From positions 7,751-71,750 of the forward strand of contig CAKRTQ010000012.1 of the NCBI GenBank assembly GCA_934402395.1: DNA of 64,000 nt, read 5' to 3'. The position numbers were made by a program, and so were the translations under genes. Source of the stretch: an uncultured Eubacteriales bacterium. Its GTDB lineage: Bacteria; Bacillota; Clostridia; Oscillospirales; CAG-272. Below are positions 33,193 through 44,173 of this stretch, piece after piece (within the stretch, counting starts at the first letter, position 1; each line of letters opens with the position of its first letter). The notes below the pieces were generated by a model. It was given only the letters and a program-made list of their open reading frames with translations. It was not told the origin of the DNA and ran no database searches.

Positions 33193-34941
33193 TTAAGCAA
33201 TTATTTTATCGCTGTCGCGGAATTGCAGGCGGTAAAGCCCCGCATACACGCCGTCGAGTGCCATAAGCTCATCATGGGTGCCTTCTTCGGCAACGCTGCC
33301 GCCGGATATGACTGCTATCATGTCCGCGCTGCGTATCGTTGAAAGACGGTGCGCCACGACGATGGTCGTGCGTCCGCGGCAGAGCTCGTCAAGAGCCTGC
33401 TGAATAAGTATTTCCGTTGTATTGTCAAGAGCGGAGGTCGCTTCGTCAAGTATAAGTATCGCGGGGTCCTTGAGGAATACGCGCGCTATGCTGAGACGCT
33501 GTTTCTGCCCGCCGGAAAGTCTGACGCCGCGTTCACCTATCTCGGTGTCGTAGCCGTGCTCAAGCGACATTACCCAGTCGTGTATATTGGCCCGGCGCGC
33601 CGCCTCAATGACTTCTTCATCGGTGGCGTCAAGTTTGCCGTAAAGGATATTGTCGCGTATCGAACCGTTGAAAAGAAAAACGTCCTGCTGCACGATACCT
33701 ATGTTTTTGCGCAGCGAATCAAGCGTTACATCATTTATATCCTTACCGTCAATGCGTATCGAGCCGCTGTTTACCGGATAAAAATGCGGTATGAGGTGGC
33801 ATATGGTGGTCTTTCCGCCGCCCGACGGACCGACAAGCGCCAGCGTGCTGCCGTGCGGAATGTGCAGATTTATTCCGTGAAGCACCTCAGACGAATGCGC
33901 CTCGGGGTCGGACGATGTATATGAAAACTCAACATTTTCAATGTCGATATCGCCCCGCACACGTCCGAGGACCTCGGCGTCCGTTTTTTCCTTTTCCGGC
34001 TCAACGTCCATTATCTCGCAAAAGCGTTCAAAACCGCTCACGCCGTTCTGGTATTGCTCCATGAAGTTTATCAGCGTGGTAATGGGAGAAATAAAGAGGT
34101 TTACCGAAACGATAAAGGCGGAGTAATCCGCAAAGTCGATTCTGCCGGCATACAGGAATATGCCGCCCGCGATGAGGATGATCACATTGAAAACATCTGT
34201 GATGAAGGACGATGAGGAATGGAACGCCGCCATTGCGCGGTAAGCGCGGCGGCAGGCATCGACGAACTGGCTGTTGCCCACCTCAAATTTTTCAAGCTCT
34301 TTTTCGGCGTTTGTATAGGCTTTTGTAACACGTATGCCGGAAATACTGCTTTCTATCGCGGCATTTATAACGGCATTGCTGCGCCGGCGGTCGGTAAACG
34401 CCTCGCGCATTCTGCGGCGCAGGCGCATTGAAACTATGATCAGTATCGGAACACAAACGAAGATTATAAGGGTGAGCCAGACATTTATCATACAGAGATA
34501 AATGAAGGAGCCTATTATCATTACGGTGCTGATTATGAGGTTTTCGGGACCGTGGTGCGCCAGCTCGCAGACATCAAAGAGGTCGCTTGTGAGGCGTGTC
34601 ATGATCTTGCCCGTTTCATGGTCGTCAAAGAATGAGAAAGGCAGCCGCTCAAGGTGAGCAAACATATCGCGCCGCATCTGTGCCTGCATCGCAGTGCCTA
34701 TCATGTGACCGTCATACTGGACAAAATAGCGCAGAAGAAGGCGCAGAACGTAAAGCCCGAGCACTATGAGTCCGGCAAATATCACGCCGCGGAAGTTTTT
34801 GTTCGGAATAAGGTCGTTCAGCATCCGCCGTGTGACAATGGGATATACCATGCCAATCACGGATATGAGCAGGGAGGCGGTCATATCCATGGCAAACATG
34901 AATCTGTGCGGTTTGTAATAGGCTATAAAGCGTTTTAACAT
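33193..34941 (-). CDS. ABC exporter, fused permease/ATPase (MsbA-like)
   Basis: Six TM segments plus GPSGGGKTT, LSGGQKQRL, and ILILDEATSALD. Confidence 0.9.
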   Translation of the reverse strand: MLKRFIAYYKPHRFMFAMDMTASLLISVIGMVYPIVTRRMLNDLIPNKNFRGVIFAGLIVLGLYVLRLLLRYFVQYDGHMIGTAMQAQMRRDMFAHLERLPFSFFDDHETGKIMTRLTSDLFDVCELAHHGPENLIISTVMIIGSFIYLCMINVWLTLIIFVCVPILIIVSMRLRRRMREAFTDRRRSNAVINAAIESSISGIRVTKAYTNAEKELEKFEVGNSQFVDACRRAYRAMAAFHSSSSFITDVFNVIILIAGGIFLYAGRIDFADYSAFIVSVNLFISPITTLINFMEQYQNGVSGFERFCEIMDVEPEKEKTDAEVLGRVRGDIDIENVEFSYTSSDPEAHSSEVLHGINLHIPHGSTLALVGPSGGGKTTICHLIPHFYPVNSGSIRIDGKDINDVTLDSLRKNIGIVQQDVFLFNGSIRDNILYGKLDATDEEVIEAARRANIHDWVMSLEHGYDTEIGERGVRLSGGQKQRLSIARVFLKDPAILILDEATSALDNTTEILIQQALDELCRGRTTIVVAHRLSTIRSADMIAVISGGSVAEEGTHDELMALDGVYAGLYRLQFRDSDKIIA

Positions 34942-34959
34942 GATGTTTTTCCTTCCGAT

Positions 34960-36204
34960 TCAATGCCCGGCGGCTTCCTGCTCGCGGTGCTGCTTCACAA
35001 GAGCCACGTTGCGTTCGTGTCCCGCTCTTGTTTCGGCATAAAGCATGAATCTGTTGGTGTCTGTGACAAAGAAATAGTTGGAGCTTTCGGAATCCGGCGA
35101 TATCGCGCAGGTAAGAGCCTGATAAGACGGGTTGCATATCGCTCCGGGCGGCAGACCGTTGGCAACATAGGTGTTGTAGGGACTGTCAAAGTTGAGCTGC
35201 TCGGCTTTTATCTCGGCGGGCTTTTCGCCCTTGGCAACGAGCCATGCGTAAACGGTGGTCGCATCGCATTCAAGGTGCGGATAATCGGATGGCTTGGCGA
35301 GGCGGTTGTGTATGACTGCCGAAACCTTGTCAAAGTCCGAGGCATAATAGGCTTCCTTTTCGATTATCGAGGCTATCGTGACTATCTGGTCAACGGTAAA
35401 GCCGCTTTTTTCGGTGTATTCGCGGAGCTGGCGGTTGTATACCTCGTCAAAACGGCCAAGCAGCTTGTTTATATAGTAGCTTTCGGAGTTGTCGGTGTAA
35501 AAATCGTAGGTGTCGGGGTAGAGATAACCCTCAAGCCGGTAATGCCTGCCGCCTGTCATGTCTATATCGGCAATAAAGTCGTAATTGTATTCTCCGTTGT
35601 TTATTGCGTCGATAAAGCCCTCGCGCGTTCCTATTCCGTTTGAGGTGAAAAGCCCGATTATATCCTCAACGTTATAGCCCTCGGGAATAGTCAGGCGTAT
35701 GGTAGAGCGCGTGCTGCTGGGACGCAGACTTATCAGCAGCTCATCATAGTTCATCATGCCGTTTACAGTGTGTACGCCCGCGACAAAGGCGTATTTGTCG
35801 GGATTTTCGGCGATGTATCTGTCAACGTGCTTCAGTTTTGAGTAGAGTCTGAAGAGCCACGGGTATTTTATTACGCCGTCCTCTGCCAGTATTTCCGAAA
35901 TATCTGAGGCGGAGGCATACTCGGGAACTTCGATCTCCACCTCCTCGCTGTTTTTTACAAAGGCGTACATATCGTTGGCGCAGCTTATGGCAAAAAAGGC
36001 GAGCGCGGCGGAAACTATGATTATGAAGCTGATGTAGAGCACGGTTTTGAGCACTGCCATTATCGTACTCGAGGTCTCGGTATATCCGGGCTTTTTGGTG
36101 GGGTCCTCGGTCATCCACGCCGGCGGAGTCACCTGACGGCGGCGCGGCGGGTTCCCACGGACGCTTTTTTTGTTGCTCCTGTCATTTTTGTTAAGCATTT
36201 TCAT
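34960..36204 (-). CDS. mltG: endolytic murein transglycosylase MltG (YceG-like)
   Basis: Single TM. ASIIEKEA...VIHNRL...DSPYNTYVANGLPPGAICNP motifs. Confidence 0.85.
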   Translation of the reverse strand: MKMLNKNDRSNKKSVRGNPPRRRQVTPPAWMTEDPTKKPGYTETSSTIMAVLKTVLYISFIIIVSAALAFFAISCANDMYAFVKNSEEVEIEVPEYASASDISEILAEDGVIKYPWLFRLYSKLKHVDRYIAENPDKYAFVAGVHTVNGMMNYDELLISLRPSSTRSTIRLTIPEGYNVEDIIGLFTSNGIGTREGFIDAINNGEYNYDFIADIDMTGGRHYRLEGYLYPDTYDFYTDNSESYYINKLLGRFDEVYNRQLREYTEKSGFTVDQIVTIASIIEKEAYYASDFDKVSAVIHNRLAKPSDYPHLECDATTVYAWLVAKGEKPAEIKAEQLNFDSPYNTYVANGLPPGAICNPSYQALTCAISPDSESSNYFFVTDTNRFMLYAETRAGHERNVALVKQHREQEAAGH

Positions 36205-36221
36205 ATACCTTGTTTTGTGTT

Positions 36222-37295
36222 TTATTTAATAAACAGCATTACGGCAATATAGATAAGATAGCAAAGCAGTGCCGACGGTGCGAGAAACGCCCGCAGATTG
36301 CCGGCAAGCGCACGCTTTAACGCGCCGCCGCGCGGGGCATCGTCCGTACCCCGGTCAGACATGATCTGCCTGCGGTAATCGGGTTTTATGTCGTTATCCG
36401 AATACCACCCGTAAAGTCTGGCAGCTTCGCCGCAAAAGACGACCATCGAAAGCAGAAAAAGAAGCCCGACGATCAGAAAGTAAAGAGTCTTGCCGCCCGC
36501 ATCGTATACCGTCCGCCAGAGCGGCGGCGCAAACAGTGAGATCAGATTGTATCCGAGATGTACGCAGAATGCGGCAAAGAATGACCGCGCCGAATAAAGC
36601 GTGAGCGCTAGCAGTATGCCGGAGAAAAAATAAACGGGAAAGGACTGCAGGTCAAAATGCAGCATGGCAAACCAGACCGCCGTCAGTACCACGGCGCTGA
36701 AGCTTCCGCTGTCGGATTCATATTCCGCACACATGACCGAGCGGAACACAAATTCCTCGCAAAAGGCTGGCAGGGCGGCGTAAACCGTCGCCAGGTACAG
36801 TATGCTGACCGCACCTCCGCCGGACGGTGCCGAAAATGCGCCGTAAAGCGTGTAGGTCTTTGAAAAATCATCGTAGCCCGATGCCGCAAAGCCAAGCAGC
36901 AGCGATCCCGCAGATGCGGCGACCACAGCCGATATAACAAGCAGCAGTGAATTCAGTCCGAACGGAACAAAGCGCAGCCGCCGGAAGCTCACGCGGCAGG
37001 TGCGTATATATATAACTGCCGGTACCATGAATATGAGGACCTGAACGACTGTCAGCAGTATGACCTCATTGTCGCGGTCAAATATTCCGGGAGAAATCAG
37101 CCTTACGAGCAGCAAAAGCACAAATACGCCAAGCACGAGAAGCGGAGCGGTAAGCGATGGAGCAAACCGGCGTTTTTTCTCTGTCTGCTCCGGCGCGTTC
37201 TCCGGCGCGGGTCCGGCGCGTTCGGCGCTTTGCGGTGTGCCGGCGCCGTATGGCGGCGGTGCATCCGCTGCTGTATGTTTTTTGCGATCCTGCAT
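36222..37295 (-). CDS. CPBP family intramembrane glutamic endopeptidase
   Basis: EEFVFRS and FAMLH motifs in a polytopic membrane protein. Confidence 0.8.
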   Translation of the reverse strand: MQDRKKHTAADAPPPYGAGTPQSAERAGPAPENAPEQTEKKRRFAPSLTAPLLVLGVFVLLLLVRLISPGIFDRDNEVILLTVVQVLIFMVPAVIYIRTCRVSFRRLRFVPFGLNSLLLVISAVVAASAGSLLLGFAASGYDDFSKTYTLYGAFSAPSGGGAVSILYLATVYAALPAFCEEFVFRSVMCAEYESDSGSFSAVVLTAVWFAMLHFDLQSFPVYFFSGILLALTLYSARSFFAAFCVHLGYNLISLFAPPLWRTVYDAGGKTLYFLIVGLLFLLSMVVFCGEAARLYGWYSDNDIKPDYRRQIMSDRGTDDAPRGGALKRALAGNLRAFLAPSALLCYLIYIAVMLFIK

Positions 37296-37319
37296 CGGAT
37301 CACCGCCTTTCTGCTGTTT

Positions 37320-37859
37320 TCAGTCTGCGATTATGCCGTGACGTATCGCGCGTGCGGTATCGTCTCCGCAAAGTGCGGCTGCAATGGCGAGCCCGAAATC
37401 GACCGCCGCGCCCATTCCCGCAGCCGTGATGCGGCGTCGGTCGCTCACCACGTGCGCTTCTGCGTGTGTTGCGCCGATGAGGTCTTTCTCAAAGCCGGGG
37501 TAGCAGGTCGCGCGGTGACCTTTGAGGTATCCGCGGTGTCCGAGCACCATCGGCGCGGCGCATATGGCGCAGAGATACGCTCCGCAGCTGTCGGCGGCGG
37601 CAAGCGCCGCATCTACCGCGGGCGAGGCGTCAAGATTTTTGGCGCCGGGCATACCGCCGGGAAGTATAACGGCTTCAATGTCGTGCAGCGTAAGGTCGCT
37701 GTCCGGAATGTCCGCTTTTACGGTTATACCGTGTGCGCCGCTTATCACAGTGCCGCCGATCCCGACGGTGGTGACTTCCTTGCCCGCGCGGCGCAGAATA
37801 TCAAGAGGCGCCAGCGCCTCGACCTCTTCAAATCCGTTTGCGAGAAAAAGATATACCAT
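37320..37859 (-). CDS. DJ-1/PfpI family protein
   Basis: AAGGAAG SD. Starts MVYLFLANGFEEVE. Nucleophile-elbow ICAAP. Confidence 0.85.
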   Translation of the reverse strand: MVYLFLANGFEEVEALAPLDILRRAGKEVTTVGIGGTVISGAHGITVKADIPDSDLTLHDIEAVILPGGMPGAKNLDASPAVDAALAAADSCGAYLCAICAAPMVLGHRGYLKGHRATCYPGFEKDLIGATHAEAHVVSDRRRITAAGMGAAVDFGLAIAAALCGDDTARAIRHGIIAD

Positions 37860-37914
37860 AATGTTTTCTTCCTTAATAGAGTAAATAAGATGTATTGATA
37901 TATGCGCGGGGCGT

Positions 37915-38643
37915 TCAGTCCTCGCCCATCGAGCAATAAAATGACGCTCCGTCAAGCCTGTGCGCAATGCCGCCGGAAAGCGGAAGTATCATTCCGTAAC
38001 TGCCTGCCGGGGCGGGAGCGGGAATGATGCCTGCGCGTCCCGGAATGTACTCGTATACGGGGCGCACACCGTCTTTTGCCGCGCCGCAGAGCAGAAATGA
38101 ATCACCGAGGCGGAAGTCTTCATACGATGCGCGGATGTATGATATGAACCCGCGCGAAGGCATGACCGTATTCCCGTTGCACGCGGGCGTCGGCATAGCC
38201 GACCGCACAAGTTTTGCCGATGCGGGAACGGTATAGCGCGGTATCCGCAGCTGCCCGGTATATCCGAAACGGCGGTATGTGTCGGCAAGGATCGTGTCGG
38301 CAGGTACGAGCGCGGTAAAACCGTATCCCTCGCGCGCGGCAAGCGCGCGCGCCGTTTCGCAAAGCAGGCGGAATCCGCCTTTGCCGCGGTATCCGGGAAG
38401 CACGCCGACGGCAAAAAGGTATATCCCGCGCAGGCTGCCGAAGGTCAGCGGAACGAGATTGCACATTCCCGCCGTCTGCCCGTCCGACGTGATAAAAACC
38501 GTTCGCGCATCGGATACACCGGCAAAAAGTGCGGCATCCTGCGCCGCATCGCGCGATGGGAAGCAGGCGCACCAGATCCTTGCCACATCGTCCGCAGTTG
38601 AAGCCGTGTTTTTTACGGTGATATCAAACTCCGGCATTGTCAC
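37915..38643 (-). CDS. GNAT family N-acetyltransferase
   Basis: VLPGYRGKGG acetyl-CoA-binding pattern. Confidence 0.7.
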   Translation of the reverse strand: MTMPEFDITVKNTASTADDVARIWCACFPSRDAAQDAALFAGVSDARTVFITSDGQTAGMCNLVPLTFGSLRGIYLFAVGVLPGYRGKGGFRLLCETARALAAREGYGFTALVPADTILADTYRRFGYTGQLRIPRYTVPASAKLVRSAMPTPACNGNTVMPSRGFISYIRASYEDFRLGDSFLLCGAAKDGVRPVYEYIPGRAGIIPAPAPAGSYGMILPLSGGIAHRLDGASFYCSMGED

Positions 38644-38843
38644 AGCACTACCTTTCAGAGTTTTATCTTAAACATACAATATTATATCATATTTTTCCCG
38701 CAGTTTCCATACCTATATTTTAATATTTCCTCAAAGAACGCGAAAATACTTGACTTTCGCACTCAAAACGCTATAATTATAATGGCGGTTCGGCGCGACT
38801 TTTTGCCTTGACGCCAATAACGTTTTTTGAAAAGGAAAAATCA

Positions 38844-40265
38844 ATGTCGGATGTAAAAAAACGCGGGGGCAGGGAGATAGATTTTCTCGAAGGTCCGCTT
38901 ACGCGCAATATTCTTCTGTTTACGCTTCCGGTAATGGCGACCGGTGTCCTGCAGTTTCTCTACAACGCGTCGGACTCGGCGGTCGTCGGCTGGCTCATCG
39001 GCAGAGATGCACTCGGCGCTGTCAGCTCCACCGGATCGCTCTCAAACCTGATAACGGGACTTTTTATCGGTCTTTCGGTCGGCGCATCGGTCACGGTCTC
39101 GCACGCAATTGGCTCGCGCCGCTTTGATGATGCCCGAGATACCGTGCAGACATCGATAACGCTCAGCTGTATTCTCGGCATTGTCGTTGCCTTTTTCGGC
39201 TTTTTTGCCTGCAAGCCGCTGCTTGAGCTTATGGGAACGGTCGATGAGTGTATCGAACAGTCAACGAGATATATGAAAATAGTGTTTCTCGGCATTCCTG
39301 CGCAGATGGTGTATAACTACGGCACATCGATATTGCGTGCAAACGGCGACACAAAAAATCCGCTCATATTCCTTGTTATATCGGGTGCTGTCAATGTTGT
39401 TCTCAACATCACGCTTGTGTTCTTTTTCAGAGATGTGTGGGGAGTCGCCGCGGCTACCATCGCATCGCAGTATCTTTCCGCCTTTCTTACCGTTCGTCTG
39501 CTTTGCAGAATTGACGGGTGCTGCCGTCTTGACCTTGCGCATCTTTATATAAAGAAGGAAAAACTGCTCAAAATACTGCGCATAGGTCTGCCGGCGGGCA
39601 TTCAGAGCGTACTGTTCTCGTTTTCAAACGTTATCATTCAGTCGTCAATAAATTCATTCGGCAATGCCGCGGTAGTTGCCGGCAACGGCGCCGGAGCAAA
39701 TGTGGACGGTCTTATATACATAGCCCAGAACTCATTCTATCACGCCGCGCTGACGTTTACCGGTCAGAACCTCGGCGGTCATAAGCTCGGACGCATACGC
39801 AAATCCTGCCGCGACTGCATGATACTTGTCAGCATTGTGGGACTTATCATAGGGCTGGGGTGCTATGCTGCGGGTCCGGAGCTGCTTTCGATATTTGCGC
39901 GCAATGATGCCGATGTTATAAAATACGGCATGACCCGTCTGCTTTATATGGGCGTTCCGTATTTTCTGTGCGGCACCATGGAGGTAATGTCAGGTACACT
40001 GCGCGGACTCGGTGCTTCAATGACATCAATGATAGTGTCTCTTATCGGTGCGTGCGTTTTCCGCGTCGTTTGGATAGGCACGGTGTTCAAGGCGGTCGGT
40101 ACGCTTGAATCGATATACATTTCATTCCCCATCTCGTGGTTCCTCACCACGCTCGCGGCATATATCTGCTACCGCGTTATATTCAGCCGTGTCGAACGCC
40201 GCATGGAGGCTTCCGATGGCGCCGCTGCGGTCGAATCCGAACTGCACTCCGGCGGCGATGTCTGA
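38844..40265 (+). CDS. MATE family efflux transporter
   Basis: 12 TM pattern and the N-terminal LLFTLPVMATGVLQFLYNASD signature. Confidence 0.9.
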   Translation: MSDVKKRGGREIDFLEGPLTRNILLFTLPVMATGVLQFLYNASDSAVVGWLIGRDALGAVSSTGSLSNLITGLFIGLSVGASVTVSHAIGSRRFDDARDTVQTSITLSCILGIVVAFFGFFACKPLLELMGTVDECIEQSTRYMKIVFLGIPAQMVYNYGTSILRANGDTKNPLIFLVISGAVNVVLNITLVFFFRDVWGVAAATIASQYLSAFLTVRLLCRIDGCCRLDLAHLYIKKEKLLKILRIGLPAGIQSVLFSFSNVIIQSSINSFGNAAVVAGNGAGANVDGLIYIAQNSFYHAALTFTGQNLGGHKLGRIRKSCRDCMILVSIVGLIIGLGCYAAGPELLSIFARNDADVIKYGMTRLLYMGVPYFLCGTMEVMSGTLRGLGASMTSMIVSLIGACVFRVVWIGTVFKAVGTLESIYISFPISWFLTTLAAYICYRVIFSRVERRMEASDGAAAVESELHSGGDV

Positions 40266-40295
40266 TCTGTAAAAAAACAAAAAGGAGCGGAGCGT

Positions 40296-41180
40296 ATGCG
40301 AAAGACTATATTCCTCCCGCTTGCGGGAGAGCGTGCGGTAAAATTCAGATATGCCCGCGAAAACGTTTCTCCCGAGACATATTATGACCATATGCATGAC
40401 CACCCGTTTTTTGAGATATGCATTCCGATCTCCGGGTCAATGGTGCACATAGCGGGAGGCAGAACGCACAGTCTATCGTATGGCGATGTATATTTCTGCC
40501 GTCCGGGAGAGCTGCATTACGCGCTTGCCGCCGAGGTATCGGTGTATGAAAGATACGCATTCTGGATACCTGCCGATGCGTACTCATGGACCGGCGGCGA
40601 AGCCGGCGATCCGCTTGCCCTGTTCTCGGATCCGAGGCTTGACGGAGCAAACGTTGTGCGCATCGACTCATCGCGCATGGGGGAATTTGCGCAGCTGCTC
40701 GACGCCGTACGCGGCGAAATGAGATCGCAGTCTCCGGGCGCACCGCTTGCGATATTCTGCCGGTTTACGGAACTGATGCTTTTTATATGTGATGTGGCGG
40801 TGCTCAACGCAGGCGACAGCGACGGCATAAACGGGCGCGAGCATTCACCTGCTATTATCCATAACGTGATAAGGTACGTGCGCGACAATTACCGCACGGT
40901 AACGGGGATCGATGAGGTGGCTGATCATTTTTATCTTAACAAGGATTACCTCACGCGTGTTTTCAAAAAATTCACCGGCTTTACCGTGCACGACTATATA
41001 AGAAGCGTAAGAATAAGCAAAAGCCGTATGATGCTTGACGGCGGCGCGGGCGTGACCGAGGTGGCGTTTGCCTGCGGATTCAACAGCACCTCGTACTTTA
41101 TACGCGTGTTCACGCGTGCGGTCGGGGTCTCGCCCGGAGAGTACCGCAGAACCGGAAAGAACGGCACAATAAACGAATAG
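40296..41180 (+). CDS. AraC family transcriptional regulator (cupin plus HTH)
   Basis: AAAGGAG SD. C-terminal HTH pattern GFNSTSYFIRVFTRAVGVSPGEYR. Confidence 0.85.
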   Translation: MRKTIFLPLAGERAVKFRYARENVSPETYYDHMHDHPFFEICIPISGSMVHIAGGRTHSLSYGDVYFCRPGELHYALAAEVSVYERYAFWIPADAYSWTGGEAGDPLALFSDPRLDGANVVRIDSSRMGEFAQLLDAVRGEMRSQSPGAPLAIFCRFTELMLFICDVAVLNAGDSDGINGREHSPAIIHNVIRYVRDNYRTVTGIDEVADHFYLNKDYLTRVFKKFTGFTVHDYIRSVRISKSRMMLDGGAGVTEVAFACGFNSTSYFIRVFTRAVGVSPGEYRRTGKNGTINE

Positions 41181-41233
41181 TCCGCGGTAGTCGCTTTTTT
41201 GCATCCGTGATCGGACAGCAGGTGTTAATCGAA

Positions 41234-41263
41234 TAAAAAAACGACCGCAAAGGTCGTTTTTTT
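41234..41263 (+). terminator. Rho-independent terminator
   Basis: AAAAAAACGACC-GCAAA-GGTCGTTTTTTT. Confidence 0.8.
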
Positions 41264-41350
41264 ATTATTTTTGGTAGTTATATTTATATTATTGCGTCAC
41301 CTGATGCGCTATAATGGTGATAAAGTACAATTGAAAAAGAAGGTTCTGTG

Positions 41351-42658
41351 ATGTCCTGCATTGTTTACGAAAAAAAGATTCCCGTTTACGGTGAATTTGA
41401 TGTCTGTGTGCTCGGCGGCGGTCCCGCAGGCGCGGCTGCTGCTGCCGAAGCGGCAAGATGCGGCAGCCGTGTGCTGCTCTGCGAGGCGTCGGGAATGCTC
41501 GGCGGCATGGCGACAACGGCTCTGGTCGGTCCCTTTATGACCTCATACGACCGCGACGGTAATAAATGCGTGGTCGGCGGAATATTTGAAGAGACCGTGC
41601 GGCGCATGGCGGAGATCGGCGGAGCAATAACGCCCGACAAGACCGACGCACCGAGCGTATACACCTCGTTCCTCAAAAAATATCACCGTCATGTCACCCC
41701 GTTCGATTCGTTTGCCCTTCAGCTTACATTTGACCGGATGACACGCGAGGCGGGCGTTCATGTGCTGCTCTACACGAGGTTTGCCGACAGTGTGACCGAG
41801 GAGGGGCGCATCCGCGAGGTCATTCTTGATGCGCCGCAGGGTCTTATCGCGGTGCGCGCCGGAATTTTCATCGACGCGACAGGAAACGCCGATGTTGCCG
41901 CAGCTTCGGGTGTCCCCGTTTGGTTCGGCGGTGAGGATGGAAGCAACCCGCAGCCCGGAACACTGTTTTTTGAGGTTGACGGAGCTGACGACGCGGCGTT
42001 TGCCGGTTATGCCAAGCGTCCGGAAATGCCGGTAAAGGCGTACCGTATGCCCGAGGCGGGATGCTACAAGGTCAATCACGAGCGTGTTTACGGCGTAAAT
42101 GCCAATGATGCCGACAGCATGACCGCCGCACATATGCGCGGCAGGGAACAGGTACTTGAATCGTATGAAAAGCTGCGCCGCGCACCGGGATTTGAAAACT
42201 GTCGGATAGCACAGGTGGCTTCCGTGTTCGGAATACGCGAGAGCCGCCATATAAAGGGCAGATATATGCTCACGGTGAGTGACCTCGCCGACGGCGTGGT
42301 GTTCCCGGATGCGATAGCCTGTCTCGGCTACGGTATGGATGTACACAGCCGTGACGGTATGGTCAAGGGCGGCTTTCACGATGAGGTAGCACCCGTCTAC
42401 ACTGTGCCGTACCGCAGTATGCTTCCGCTCGGATGCGATAATCTGCTGGTCGCAGGCAGATCGATCTCCGCAGAGTCACAGGCGGCGGGGGCGGTGCGCA
42501 TCATGCCCTGCTGCATGGCTATGGGGCAGGCTGCGGGCTGTGCCGCGTCAATGGCGTCGGCTGGCGGCACAGCGCCTGCCGATATAGATGTCGGCGCTCT
42601 CAAAAAAACTCTTTCCGCTCACGGTGCGATACTTCCCGGTGATGCCGGCGACAAATAA
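41351..42658 (+). CDS. FAD-dependent oxidoreductase
   Basis: VCVLGGGPAGAAAA dinucleotide-binding motif. A GTG at 41348 is an alternative start. Confidence 0.8.
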   Translation: MSCIVYEKKIPVYGEFDVCVLGGGPAGAAAAAEAARCGSRVLLCEASGMLGGMATTALVGPFMTSYDRDGNKCVVGGIFEETVRRMAEIGGAITPDKTDAPSVYTSFLKKYHRHVTPFDSFALQLTFDRMTREAGVHVLLYTRFADSVTEEGRIREVILDAPQGLIAVRAGIFIDATGNADVAAASGVPVWFGGEDGSNPQPGTLFFEVDGADDAAFAGYAKRPEMPVKAYRMPEAGCYKVNHERVYGVNANDADSMTAAHMRGREQVLESYEKLRRAPGFENCRIAQVASVFGIRESRHIKGRYMLTVSDLADGVVFPDAIACLGYGMDVHSRDGMVKGGFHDEVAPVYTVPYRSMLPLGCDNLLVAGRSISAESQAAGAVRIMPCCMAMGQAAGCAASMASAGGTAPADIDVGALKKTLSAHGAILPGDAGDK

Positions 42659-42684
42659 TTATGACGAAAGGAAAACGTATTATC

Positions 42685-44142
42685 ATGAAAGCAACAAAAA
42701 ATATGACGGTCTGCCGCGTGTTTGCGGTCGTATTTGCCGTAGTCATGCTGCTTCCGCTTATTTCCGCCTGCGGAAAGGGCAATGATGATGTGCCGGAGAC
42801 CACGGCGGTGCCGTCCGTAAGCGGAACGACCGGTGAGGAGACCCGGTTCGGTACTCTCCCCGAGGGGCTCGATCTCGGCAAGGCAAGCGTGAGCATCCTC
42901 TATTGGAGCGATGTCAACAATCCGGAGTTTGAGGTCGAGGAGACCGACCGTATAACAAGCGCCATACACGCCAAGGACAGCCGTATTCAGGATATGCTCA
43001 ATGTCAGCATAAACTGGGTGGGCGAGCCCGGCAGCAAGGCTAAGCTTGAAGGGTTCAAAAAGCGTGTCGAAGCCGGACTGAGTGTCAACGAGACCGAGAT
43101 AATTGCCGCGCACAGCATGGTGATGGGCGCGCTTGCGTCGTCCGGATATATGCAGGACCTGCTTTCCACGCGTTATCTCAATTTCAGCAATCCGTGGTGG
43201 CCGCGTGATCTCATTGACTTTTCCACTATAGGCGGCAAGCTCTATTTTGCGTCGGGCGACATTTCCAACAACACTCTGCTCGGTATGCAGGGAATGTTCT
43301 TCAACAAGGGCATGGTCACAGCCGATCTTTACAGCGTTGTAGATTCGGGCAAGTGGACGGTAGACCGTATGATCGCGGAGACGAAGGGCATCTACCGTGA
43401 TGTCAATTCAAACGGCAAGGATGCCGAGGACATTTACGGATATGTGACCTATTCCGGAATGGTTAATCCGCTGTTTGTCGGCATGGGCGTTCGCTTTACC
43501 GATAAATCCGAGGACGGCGCGCTGAAGATATCTGATACATATATCTCCGAAAAAACGCAGGGACTGCTTGAAAAAGTGAACAACTGTCTCTTTACCGATA
43601 CAGATTGGTTCTATTCGGGCGGATTTGACGCATCGGCAAAGGTGTTTGTTGACGGCAGATCGGCATTTTACATGGCGTCTGTCAGACTTACGATAAACAA
43701 GCTCACCGATTCGAGCATCACCTACGGAGTGCTTCCCGCTCCCAAGTACAATGAGGACCAGGAGGGCTATCACACCCTCATGGCAAACACCTACACGATG
43801 TACGGTATCACAAAGAATATCACCGACACCGACAACGCAAGTGCCGTTATCGAGGCATTGGCGCAGGAGGGATACCGCACTGTTACCCCGGAGGTGTTTG
43901 AGGTCGCGCTCAAGGCGAGATATTCCGATAAGCCCGCCGATGCGGTCATGTTCGATATTCTCCGCAACAGTACGGTGTTTGAGATGGGACTTGTATTCAG
44001 CGATCAGCTTGACGGCATCCCCAGCAAGGCGCTCTTTACACTTGTAAACAACAAAAACTCCGACTGGATGTCATACATGGCAAAGAAAAAATCGTCGCTT
44101 GAAAGCAGCCTCAAAAAGCTCAATGAGGTCTTCGGCGACTGA
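42685..44142 (+). CDS. extracellular solute-binding lipoprotein (ABC-type, carbohydrate class)
   Basis: Signal peptide with lipobox LISAC. Paralogous to 49284-50759. Confidence 0.75.
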   Translation: MKATKNMTVCRVFAVVFAVVMLLPLISACGKGNDDVPETTAVPSVSGTTGEETRFGTLPEGLDLGKASVSILYWSDVNNPEFEVEETDRITSAIHAKDSRIQDMLNVSINWVGEPGSKAKLEGFKKRVEAGLSVNETEIIAAHSMVMGALASSGYMQDLLSTRYLNFSNPWWPRDLIDFSTIGGKLYFASGDISNNTLLGMQGMFFNKGMVTADLYSVVDSGKWTVDRMIAETKGIYRDVNSNGKDAEDIYGYVTYSGMVNPLFVGMGVRFTDKSEDGALKISDTYISEKTQGLLEKVNNCLFTDTDWFYSGGFDASAKVFVDGRSAFYMASVRLTINKLTDSSITYGVLPAPKYNEDQEGYHTLMANTYTMYGITKNITDTDNASAVIEALAQEGYRTVTPEVFEVALKARYSDKPADAVMFDILRNSTVFEMGLVFSDQLDGIPSKALFTLVNNKNSDWMSYMAKKKSSLESSLKKLNEVFGD

Positions 44143-44173
44143 ATAAACAAAAATCGGAAAGGAATTTTCTATC